NCBI GenBank assembly: GCA_040437565.1 | Contig: JBDOQK010000001.1 | Span: 930,001-994,000 of the forward strand | Reading direction: 5' to 3' | Source: Albugo candida | Lineage: Eukaryota | DNA length: 64,000 bases | In this document: positions 33,383 through 44,123 of the stretch, one piece after another | Layout: the number at the start of each line of letters is the position of its first letter | How positions within the stretch are numbered: position 1 is the stretch's first letter | The notes under the pieces: model-generated | The model's database searches: none | Told to the model about the DNA's origin: nothing | The model's input: the letters and a program-made list of their open reading frames with translations, nothing else | Position numbers and translations under genes: made by a program

Positions 33383-36370
33383 TCACAGATGATAATCAAT
33401 TCCTTCATAACTACTCGCATAATCTCCTTCATATTGGCGTACGGGTTCCATGGAAAGATCTTTGCTTGTTTTCTTTCCAGCACGAAGATTACTGGAGATT
33501 GAGCTGTTTATCTCTTCCAAAATGGCAACACTGGATCGTTGCATAATAATTTCATCATTCATTTGACCAGAAAGCACGTCAGAAGGCGGCAACAAATGAG
33601 CGGGAAGTGGGATGGAGTCAGATTCTGGAACATCAATGTCCATGTGCATACTTTGCTGGATGAATGGAGAGCTGCCTGGTTCGATCGATGATTCAATACC
33701 CAGAATGTCGGCCATTTTGGACTGAAATCTTACTTTATACAAATTGGGCTCCAAAGCAGATAAACCATCACCATCCACTCGCTTGACCACAATTTTGAAA
33801 AGTCTCTCCATACGCTTTTTCAGTGTCCATGTTTGCAAAATGTCGATCACTCCAAGATGATAATAAGCTGGACCAACGACCGTATTCGCTAGCCGCATGC
33901 CACCACGAGGCATCTGACGGCGTGAGGAAGATGCGGGATAAGCGCATTCCAAGTCTCGACTTCGTCGAGATGGAGCTTTCAGTCTGCGATGCTGCATTCC
34001 TTCACCCTTGCTCTGGGTAGAGAGATACGTAGAAACGCGTCCTTTTCCGCGAACACGCTCATTACCAGTAGTATTAGCATTTTGTTTTCTGTGATCAGAG
34101 TCATCTTTCTGCGTGTTTTTGATTGTATCATTTGCAGCATCGTCATCGAGCGCATCGTCTACCATATACTCATGTTCGTGGACACCCATCAGCAGTGAGT
34201 AGTCCATTATGCCAAAGGAGCAAAGTAGTTCGCTGTCAGCACACAACTGCTGGTACAATCTCCGAGACTCATCTCCGTTTAGCTTGAGCTTTTGCGTGAG
34301 ATCTGGGTCTTTCAAAACCACATTGGGTTCATGGCTGTTAAGTCTCTCTGGACAGACAATATCGTTAGCACATGCGTTGCTCATATATGTGTACTTGCGA
34401 TTGCAATGTCGACATGTCACACGTTTTCCTTTCTTTGGCAAGTCGGCATTTCGATTCACCCAGGATCCCTTTATATCATAGCGGTAATGGATCACATGGT
34501 CAATATCGAACAGGTTGGCCATGACAACGAAATAAAAGTTCTTTCGGTATAATTCCAAGCAATGACAGCCATAGAATCGCGTCAATAGCGAAGTTGGATG
34601 CGTGCACAAATACTCTGCATATTCTTGAGCAATTTGTCGTAAGAAATCACATTCTTCTTTGCTCATACTTTTTACAATGAGTCCACCGTCTGCTGAGAAA
34701 AACATAAAAGCTCCACTTGCTCCTTCACTGAGTCGCTCTTTTGCAGTCGAAGAAAGCGATCGCAAGTACGTTTCATTTGTGACACCAAATCGTTCACGAA
34801 TTCGTTTGAATGTGTGTGGCTCATAATCGTGAAACGTTTTTGTGTGCTTTGATGGATTTGCTTTTTTGTCAGCTGACTTGCCAGGCTCGCCTTCCAAGGT
34901 CTGAGGTAATAATGCTAATTGTTGGACACGTTCAGTACGTGCGAGATGGTGCGCAGTCTGCACCGCTTGAACCATTCCGGAGGTTGTGTAGTACAAAACC
35001 TCTTGCCTCAATGCCGCATTGACCGCCGGACTCAGGTCGATTTCGCTCTCAAAGACACTCTCTTTAATCGATTTGGTAAAGTGACTCCATCGAAAATCAT
35101 TCAATACAAACCAAATAACAAGATCGACATACCCTTTGCCAGCAATCAGAAAATTCAATAACTCTCTCGTGAAACGATCTCGATGGATGATTTTGTGGGA
35201 AAGAAATTTGATGTAAACGATTCCAGTAACAATCCAGTAAAATGTGACTGCGAATACGATGAATCGCGCTCGATTGATTGATTGGACACGAACAGCATAG
35301 GTTTCTGACATGCCATCACTCAGTCGATTGCATGCCCAAAGCCATACGGCAATGCCGAGCACAATGATAATCGCCATCCAGATATAGAAAAATGCCCAGC
35401 TGATAAAATTCGCATTTCCAGCTTTATAATCACTGGGAAAATTGTCAATGACTTTAGAGTTGATTGCACACGTAGATGGTCTATCGGTTGGTAGATTTCG
35501 GAATGCATTTGTCCAGCAAATTCCTAAGTCAGAGTAACCAGCCCAATCGTCAGTCGTGGCAAGTAGGCCTCCAAAAATGAGTCCCATACCCCAGCAAAAT
35601 ATGTGGAAAAATCGAGTATTCCGTTTAAAGTCCGTGAAAGGATTCGTCAAACTCATCAGTAAGTTGAGCGTCATGCACAAAAACCAGCATTCTGCGGCGA
35701 TCAATGAGAACTCAAAAAAGCCTGCAAATACGCTACAAGCCTGTCCCGCATTACTGGCGAGTGCGCATCCACACTGCCAAGTATCAGGATTGCATAATGG
35801 TACGCAGTCATAAAATAAGCACTGAATAAACTGTTGGGCAGAGAGCTGAACGACGAAAAAGGCATCTGCTATAGTACGCCAGAACACCAATGGATTGGGA
35901 TGCTGACGGTAACTGCGAACGCTAATGTATGACAATATCACGAAAGATACAGAGAAGGCTGATAAAATTGCACCCCAAATGATCCCTGGAGATAAATTAC
36001 GATACTGTTGAGTGAGACTCATCATAAGAGCAATCACGAACGCTAGGAACATGATGAGCTGGAACAATCGTGTCGATGAAAGAAAGCAATTTTGCAAGCC
36101 TAACATCGCTCGTAAGCGTCCGGTAGACTGAGACGGTAGTCCCCATTGATGAAAGCTTGGTGTATTACTGCTACTCGTATCGGTGTTGCACGGAAGATGG
36201 CTATCCTGCAATCTCTGCATGGATCGAGGACAACTCGTCGAATCTGCAGTTGCACGTGATGTTTTCTCGGCAAAGCTGTCTTCCATGCACGTTTCATCAC
36301 TCTTTTCAGCTTGCATATATCGAAGCTGATAATTGTTGATACGACTGGAAGTTGTAACCGGTAGGTCCAT
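33383..36370 (-). CDS. GPCR-PIPK: 7-TM receptor fused to phosphatidylinositol-4-phosphate 5-kinase
   Basis: 7-TM region (HPNPLVFWR, ECWFLC, CW), linker LRQEVLYYTTSGM, kinase motifs SEGASGAFMFFS, SLLTRFYG, YDIKGS, MDYSLL, GVIDILQ. Confidence 0.92.
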   Translation of the reverse strand: MDLPVTTSSRINNYQLRYMQAEKSDETCMEDSFAEKTSRATADSTSCPRSMQRLQDSHLPCNTDTSSSNTPSFHQWGLPSQSTGRLRAMLGLQNCFLSSTRLFQLIMFLAFVIALMMSLTQQYRNLSPGIIWGAILSAFSVSFVILSYISVRSYRQHPNPLVFWRTIADAFFVVQLSAQQFIQCLFYDCVPLCNPDTWQCGCALASNAGQACSVFAGFFEFSLIAAECWFLCMTLNLLMSLTNPFTDFKRNTRFFHIFCWGMGLIFGGLLATTDDWAGYSDLGICWTNAFRNLPTDRPSTCAINSKVIDNFPSDYKAGNANFISWAFFYIWMAIIIVLGIAVWLWACNRLSDGMSETYAVRVQSINRARFIVFAVTFYWIVTGIVYIKFLSHKIIHRDRFTRELLNFLIAGKGYVDLVIWFVLNDFRWSHFTKSIKESVFESEIDLSPAVNAALRQEVLYYTTSGMVQAVQTAHHLARTERVQQLALLPQTLEGEPGKSADKKANPSKHTKTFHDYEPHTFKRIRERFGVTNETYLRSLSSTAKERLSEGASGAFMFFSADGGLIVKSMSKEECDFLRQIAQEYAEYLCTHPTSLLTRFYGCHCLELYRKNFYFVVMANLFDIDHVIHYRYDIKGSWVNRNADLPKKGKRVTCRHCNRKYTYMSNACANDIVCPERLNSHEPNVVLKDPDLTQKLKLNGDESRRLYQQLCADSELLCSFGIMDYSLLMGVHEHEYMVDDALDDDAANDTIKNTQKDDSDHRKQNANTTGNERVRGKGRVSTYLSTQSKGEGMQHRRLKAPSRRSRDLECAYPASSSRRQMPRGGMRLANTVVGPAYYHLGVIDILQTWTLKKRMERLFKIVVKRVDGDGLSALEPNLYKVRFQSKMADILGIESSIEPGSSPFIQQSMHMDIDVPESDSIPLPAHLLPPSDVLSGQMNDEIIMQRSSVAILEEINSSISSNLRAGKKTSKDLSMEPVRQYEGDYASSYEGIDYHL

Positions 36371-36869
36371 TGCAATAAACTAAATATCACCGTTTGTAAT
36401 CACAACTTTTGTTCCGTGGTCCAGAACGGCACCGTTCTTTCCTGGTTGTCTAGTACCACAATTGTGTCTCAGTACTGGAAATATAAACAAGTACTGGATA
36501 AACGTTGGAAACTCTTGGCAACAATGACACAATAAATACTACTTGATGAACAAGTCAGAAATGGCATAAATTGCAGCTGACTCTTTTTCTATTATTAACA
36601 AATGATGACTCAATAAAAACCATCACGACCAATCAACGTCTATTTATTGCATCGTTGCTTATCTGTCGTGGTAGAGGAATTCTGATACCTTGTCTTATCA
36701 TACAGCAATTATTACCCTTTCGTACTTAGACTAAGCCCTGTAACCTATCTAGAGCTGTACTTTATCGCCATTGCCTTTCCATCTCCCGTATACTCGATGA
36801 TTATATCATAGCATGATCGATGATAATTTTTATTGTCTTCCAACGCGATGTATCCTATGCGTTACGCGC

Positions 36870-38983
36870 TCACATTTGATGGATAACGCCTGCAAGCATG
36901 CCGCAAAACAGTTTTAAAACTTCTATGGTGAATTCATCTCGCCATGATGTCTCAATTTCGTTTTGTGACTGATCGAAATGAACAGGAGCGTCGCGTGTAA
37001 TTTGTATCACTCCGAGCAAAAGCATCGGTTCCCAAATCGATGAAATCGGTGCGAGAACGATTCCGCTTGTACCTGGCTCCAAGTCCACGACATCATTGTA
37101 GCACGGTTTCTTCTGTGGATCCTTTACCATGCAAATTTCACGGCCCTGTCTTTGTATCATTACTTCACACAGGCTTGAACCAGCCTTCACGCTCATTTTT
37201 TGCGTAAACAATCTGCTCTCACCGTTTCGATGTTTTGCATTCACATACCACAAGTGACCTGCTTGTCGACGATCTAATAGAAAAATGCGAACATTTCCAC
37301 TTCCGAGAATTTCAGCGCAAAATCGCTCACTGTGTATCAATAGCTGCTCGTCAATGGAATGAGATTTCAGCTCCAAATCACTGCCACATTTTTTTGCCAA
37401 TTCTGCGGGAAAACGGAGAAGACGTAATGCGACATCTTTATTCCTCTCGTAATGACTCTGTTCTTTGCATTGTGCAGACGTAATTCCGGCTTCTATGGCC
37501 AAAAAAGTCGCGACAATTTGCTCCACCAAAGTGAACGGCTTCCGATGCAAAGAATTCCAAATTCGTAAAACCCCCACAACAGATTCGGTTGATTTTGAGC
37601 AGTTTTGGCTCATAATCGGAACGCAAAGAACCTCTTTTGATTTTGTACCGCTGAGCGTGTCACATGCCGCGTGATACCGCAAATCCTCAAGAGCTTTTGG
37701 AACATTTAATGGCTTGCGGTGTTTGGCTGTATACCCGACAAACCCTTTGTCGACGTCGAGGGGCCAGCAAACTTGACCGTGCTCATTGCTGTGACGTCCC
37801 ATTGCCCGTTCAGAATCGATTTCAAAGTAAGCGGCATATTGGCAATGCAGCAGGGTGCAAGTACGCTGTAAAAGCCTGAGCCATAGAAAGTAAGAAAAAA
37901 CTCAGGTGGTAGCATGGGATGATTCGTACCGCTGCATCATCTTGGAGACATCAAGTGAACAAGGTAGGTCCATGCAGCTTTGTAGCCATTTTTTCAATAA
38001 AACAGCCAGCTGAAGCGCTGACGACAAACTATCGTGTGGATCCGTTTTTTCCAAAATGCTGAGCATTCGAGAATCAATGTGCTGTCCGCTTTGAAGTATT
38101 TTCTTGTAACTCGATGAAAAATGCATTTTTGAATTCCCACTCGCTATCTGAACCTCTTCATTTCGCTCTTTGTGCACCAAAACCTCACCATTTCCACTCG
38201 ACTCGACCTGTAAGCTCTCCAATTCATCATGCAAATCCGAAATCAAGCGCTCTTGTGTAGCAATCCGTGTCTTATCTTGACGATATCGCTGCTCAAAATT
38301 GCGTAATTTACGATCAAAATCATGATTTTCTTTACTGAGTGTCTTTATAAGCGTCATTTGCTGCTCCATCGTCATATTGTTTTCGCCGTTGGATGCACAC
38401 GTCGATGTGAGCATCAGAAGTTTCTCATTCGCGGCAGCACAGCGATTTGACAGCTTATCGACTTGAATCTGCTTCATCCTCGCATTTTGTCCGAGTTCCT
38501 GGAGAAGTATTTGTCGTTCACGCAACGTGTTTTCAATAAATACTCTCCGCGATCGAAGCTGTTCATTCTTCTTCTCCATCGTGCCAATGTATCGACGAGT
38601 GTGATGCAATTCATCTTCGAGTTTGATAATGCGTTTCTGCAACGATAAAATCAAATGGTCTTTATCTGCGGTGGAATCGAGCTCCAGTGAAGTGGAAGAA
38701 GCGAGTTTTCTCGAAAGTAATGCATCATTTAGAGGTTTCAACTTCCCCTCTAACGGATAAACGCCCAATATACTCCGTTCTGCTCGCTTCTTCATCGATG
38801 CGTACACAAATTCGCTCGTCACATTGGAAGACGGAAGCTTTGGGGTCGAAAGGCTTGGAGTCAAACCATACATTCGGTCGTTTTCCTGGGAATGATTGAC
38901 GGGATCTGACATGCAATTGACACTGTAGAGCTCTGGAATGCAGTGCTTGGGAGCGTTACAGCGCTGATAAATCGCGTTCGTCA
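36870..38983 (-). CDS. Coiled-coil protein with C-terminal GAF domain(s) (2 exons)
   Basis: ORF 37902-38999 (heptad-rich) joins ORF 36870-37802 through a GT-AG intron at ~37876-37929. GAF motifs KGFVGYTA, LCVPIM…VVGVL…N…FT..E. Start codon uncertain. Confidence 0.65.
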
Positions 38984-39083
38984 TAAAAATAGAGCTCACG
39001 CTCGGTAGATGAGGTCTCGTTGCAGGAGAGATGCAGTGAACAAAGCCAACTCGTTCTTCATGTCTATTTATTGAATCAAATTA

Positions 39084-42000
39084 TCACTTGTGAGTTTCTC
39101 GGTGTCTAAAAAGCTGTTCTCGACATATTTCTCGCATTCGTACATAAAGCTCTGATTCGTGATGTAGAGCCAACTTTCGTTCTTCTTGTTGGACAGCGAT
39201 TTGTGTGCGTTTGTGCCACAATCGATACTGCGCATACGCTTGTTCGCAGAGCATTTCATACCCGTAGACGATCGCATGCTTTGTAGGGCTTTTCATGCTC
39301 AAAAGAGCCTCCAACATTGGTGTTATCGGAGGATTATACGCAGCATCCAAAACAATCATTTCGCAGTCTGATTCCATGAGATACCGCGGAAGGATAAAAC
39401 CTGCTGTAGACGGAATGGTTCCAATGATAATATCAGCAAAAGGAATACTGTTTTCGGTCAATTCGGCCACAGGAATTGCTCCAAAACGTTTGGCAATATC
39501 ACAAGCTTTCTCAAATGTGCGATTGTAAATGTAAAGTGTCCCAACTCCAAGCTGACACATCGCATACGCTGCGGCCATCGATGTACCGCCAGCACCAATT
39601 ACAAGCGCTCGCAATTCCGATGTCGCTTTCGGCTTCCTTTGAGCGTGCAAACGTCGTGCAATAGGACGTATCATTCCAATCCAATCCGTATTTTCTCCTT
39701 TCAAATGAACGCCAGTCACACGATCGTGGCGAAGAATGGTATTAACCGCTCCAATGGCTCGTGCTGCTGGAGATATCTCGTCCAGTAGATTCATGACATG
39801 GATCTTGTGAGGAATCGTCACTGACGCACCTCCAAAAAACGTACGATCTTTAAGTATTTTCTCAATGTCCGCGACATGAATTGTCTCAAAAAGCTGATAC
39901 TCAAACGGAAGATTGTGCGCTTGGAAACCCGCATTGTGTATCGCTGGTGACGGTGACATGCTAATCGGCGATCCAAATAGATAGAATGTACGAGCTAATG
40001 AACGTCGGCAATCAGCCGATTAAGACACAAGAGCCTGAAACATCTCTCGTACCTGGAAATATGCCGAGCGCACTCCTCAGATCGATAATCTCCTTCACAC
40101 TCAATTGTCCGGGTGCCGCAGCTTTCGGTAGTTTTGGATGTGTGACTGGCGTCAGAATCGAATTCAAAACGCGAGATAATTTTCCTTGTTCTGTCGTACA
40201 AAGCGCTATCACAGGAAGACAGTGATCCCACTCGTTGAGGCAATTCTGAGCAATCTGATGGATCAAAAGCGCATCATCGACGCTAAAGGCCTTGACGACG
40301 ACTTTGACCACTTGCACGTCGCCGGAATGATACGCAGATTTAAATATCGATACGATTTCTTCCTCGCTCAATGAAGCATCCATTTCAACTGCGTGGAAGG
40401 AAGCAATGACAGCCGAATGATTTCGACATCGAATCAGTTCCGTACGATAGGAATGCGACCAACAGACTTCCATGTCCACAAACTCACACGCAAGCCGTAC
40501 TGCCAGATGGAGTAAATCAAACATCTCTTCCTCTTTATCATTGGGAAAGTGACCGCCTTGCGCTTCCGATCGAACGGTAAAAATGATAGGAAGTCGCGTA
40601 AGATTTCGCAATACAGACACTTGAGACGAAACAAACGCTGCATCTGTGCTTTTCAAAAGATCCACACGAAGCTCAATGGCATCAACGCCTTCCACAAGCT
40701 CTGGAAATTGATCTATCGATTCTGTAATGTCAGTAAATGTCGTCGAAAGGAAGAACGAATTCTCCACACAAATTCGGCTGTGATCAAAGCTGTACGGAGT
40801 GTTTGGAAGCACGACGCCGAGAAATTGGACAAAGCTATCGGTGCAGAATTCGACGTTGGAAGTGGTTATGGAGTCGCTTGGCGTCTTCTTCGGATGCGCG
40901 ACAACAAACTCAAAAGCACTGGCGGATTCATACAGCGATTTTCGATGTTCCCACACGGCTGCGTGTGGACTTGCAAGCGCTGGACGCGTGGTATCCGCTG
41001 CTTGGCAGTCGAGGTACGCTACCAGAGACTCCATATCATCGTGTCGAATATGAACGACATAATCATATTGAGAAAGCGCTGAAAGAACCTGAGGATTCTC
41101 GACGACGCCACCACCACATGCGATCACTGTGTTTGTGGGCGGATCCGATAGCAATCGAAGCATCAATCGTTTCTCATGCTGACGAAATACATCCCATCTA
41201 CCTCCATGCTCGGCCACAAACGCTGATATCGACTTCCCAAACTCCTTTTCCAACTCTTTGTCGGTATCCACTATTTTCATTTGGAGCTTCACGGAAGCAA
41301 ATGTGCCTAACGTCGACTTCCCACTGCCTCGCATTCCAATCAGAAACACTGCCGGAACTACTTTTCCATCTATTTGTGTATCGATCGCCACTGTCGACGT
41401 CGCTGTGGACGCAACTGCGCAAACATGAAGCCCCAAATGTCCCTGTAAATGATCCCAGAATTCCGGATATGTTTTCTCTGTGCAATTTTTATCTGTAATG
41501 ATAATATTTGGTACATACGCTCCAAGCACCGCAAAACTCATCGCGATACGATGATCGTTGTGACAAGCGATTTCTGCTGCTATCAATTGTGTGAGATCGC
41601 CATTCGTTCCTTTGACCCACATGCCGTCCTCAAGCTCTCCGCATTCGACGCCGAGTTTCCCGAGCTCTGTGATCATCACTTCGATACGATTGCATTCTTT
41701 CACACGCTGATTCGTAATGCCGACGATTTTCGTAGTTCCATGCGCTACAGCAGCAAGCACTGCTGCTGTCATGAAAGCGTCTGTCATCGTTTCCATATCG
41801 AGACACTCGATCGCTTGGAGAGAAACATTGGAAGGAGGTCCCCGTACAGTTGTCGTCGTGTTTGTTTGACTCGTTTCACAGCCCATTGCTCGTAATACTG
41901 TGTGGAATGACGCATCACCTTGCACGCTGGTGCTTCCTAACGCTTCTACAACGACTTGACCGCCTGTAATCGCCGCTAATGCCAGCGGATAACTCGCAGA

Positions 42001-43932
42001 GGACGCATCGACTTCCACTTGAAAACTCGATGGATTTTGATACGTTCCTTTTGGAATACAAAATCGATTTTTTCCTTCTCTTTGAACGCACACGCCAAAT
42101 GCTTTCATGAGTTCGATTGTCATGAGAATGTAAGGGAGTGAAGTGATCTCTTCTTCTTCCAATTCCAACACAACAGATGTCTCGGCGTAAGGCGCATTGA
42201 TGAGAATGGAAGATACATACTGCGAGCTGATTTTTGCAGCGAGTCGAATATCGCCACCTTGAAAGCCTGTGTACTGAATCGCCAGCGGTAGACAGCCTTC
42301 ATGCACGCCTGTGTACTGGATAGAACATCCATTTTCCTTGAGAGATTCCACAAGCGGTCCAATCGGACGTTCCTGCATTCGACGATTCCCAGTCAGAATA
42401 AGTCGACCCAATTCGTTCTCACGTCTTTCAGCTTGGACGAGCGTCATTGTGGTCGTTAGAAATCGTGCAGCAGTGCCGGCATTGCTCAAATAAATCTCAT
42501 GCCCATCGTCGAGCTTCTTGAAGGTTCCTCCTGTTCCTTGGACAACCACAACGGTATCATTCTCTTCCCAGCTGAATGCAGCTCCTATTTTACTCAGCGC
42601 GTTCATCATCACTTGTGTGTCTTCCGAATGCAATAACCCAGAGATTCGACAGATTCCTTCCCCCAAAGCTGCCATTAGAAGAACGCGATTCGAGATCGAT
42701 TTTGACCCGGGAACGCGAATACTTCCATTTGCTTGCGTTCCATTTTGCATCACAATTTGCTTCTCCAAAACCAAACGAATTTGAGCATCGGACACAGCGG
42801 TTGTGTACGCGGGCGCCGATACCACTGAACCGATGGATTTCAGTACGACAATGCGTTTCAATCCTTTCCCATTCTTTTTATCAATTTCCATTTTTGCAAG
42901 AACGTGATCGACATTAACATTTTCTGGAGCTTGTATGGGAAGCCCATACTCCTGGAGACAGCATCGTAGACGACCTACCGTCGCTGAACTGCATTTTCCA
43001 AGTCCTCGAGCAATCTCAGCCTCTCGTAACATTCCTATCGACACGCATTCGCCATGGAGATACTGAGGCTGAAGCAAGGCTTCGTACCCGTGTCCAATGG
43101 AATGCCCGAAATTCAATATCGCACGTAAACCTCGCTCTTTCGCGTCGTGTGTGACAACGTGTGTCTTCACATTGACAGCCATCCGTACAATTTGCTGAAG
43201 TAATTCCAAATTCGGTCTTACAAACGGACTATTGCGATCTTTTCCTAAAATCTCATCCGAATGGCTTTCTAATAATTCGAACAAATTCGGGTCAAATATC
43301 GCGCCAGCTTTAATGATTTCAGCCATTCCATTGACAAATTCCCGTCGTGGTAGTGTCTTTAACACAGTCAAATCCACATACACGCATTGTGGCATGTAGA
43401 AAGACCCCAGTAGATTCTTCCCGAATGGACTCACATCGATGCCTGTTTTCCCGCCAATGCTAGAGTCCACACCCGCCAGTTTACTGGTGGGAATTTGGAT
43501 GAATGGGATCCCTCGCATGTACGTCGCGGCAATGTATCCGCTCAGATCGCCAACAACACCACCACCGAGCGCGATAATGCATGCATCACGATGGAATCGA
43601 TTGGGGAATAAAACGTGATCTTCGATGTATTCTTTCATTTCACGCGATTTGGATGCTTCTCCTGGTGGAATGGCGTGGATATACACGTGTCGGGTATGCG
43701 GAACGGATTCTCGGGACGCCATAATCTCTTGCTCGAGCATACTTTGCAATGGGTAGCCATATAGTGATACTAAATTTGTGTCTGTGAGGATGAGATAGGT
43801 GGAGATAGAGGCATTCGAGGCAAGTATATCCCGTGCAAGCCATCCCGAATCTAGCAGATCCTTCCCCAGTATGATATCATAGCGTGTAGACTCACTGGCG
43901 CCTTGACAAACGACGCGATCAATCGTAGCCAT
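39084..43932 (-). CDS. ARO1: Pentafunctional AROM protein (DHQ synthase, EPSP synthase, shikimate kinase, type I DHQ dehydratase, shikimate dehydrogenase); intron 39995-40052
   Basis: GGGVVGDL, DSSIGGKT and LNFGHSIGH (DHQS); PGSKSISNR, NAGTAARFL, KECNRI and DHRIAMSF (EPSPS); GMRGSGKST (SK); ELRVD and APGQL (DHQase); spliced FYLFGSPISMSPSP, SVTIPHK, AVNT, NTDW and GAGGT (SDH). First ATG 43932, close to a gap. Confidence 0.95.
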
Positions 43933-43972
43933 CCGCTTTTTGAATTCCGTGGTCACTATCTTTCACTTATCA

Positions 43973-44072
43973 NNNNNNNNNNNNNNNNNNNNNNNNNNNN
44001 NNNNNNNNNNNNNNNNNNNNNNNNNNNNNNNNNNNNNNNNNNNNNNNNNNNNNNNNNNNNNNNNNNNNNNNN
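43973..44072. other. 100-N scaffold gap without visible flanking duplication
   Basis: Run of N; true size unknown. Confidence 0.95.
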
Positions 44073-44123
44073 TACTTTAAGTATAAGTATTAGATGAAAA
44101 TAAGCAATTCAGAGTATATGCAT

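Noticed and set aside
39959..40052. Frameshift or gene fission between the AROM DHQase and SDH domains
   Set aside because: A 58-nt GT-AG intron (39995-40052) restores the frame.
40549..41895. Long plus-strand ORFs overlapping AROM (and similar antisense ORFs elsewhere)
   Set aside because: No recognisable motifs; typical antisense shadows of long coding regions.
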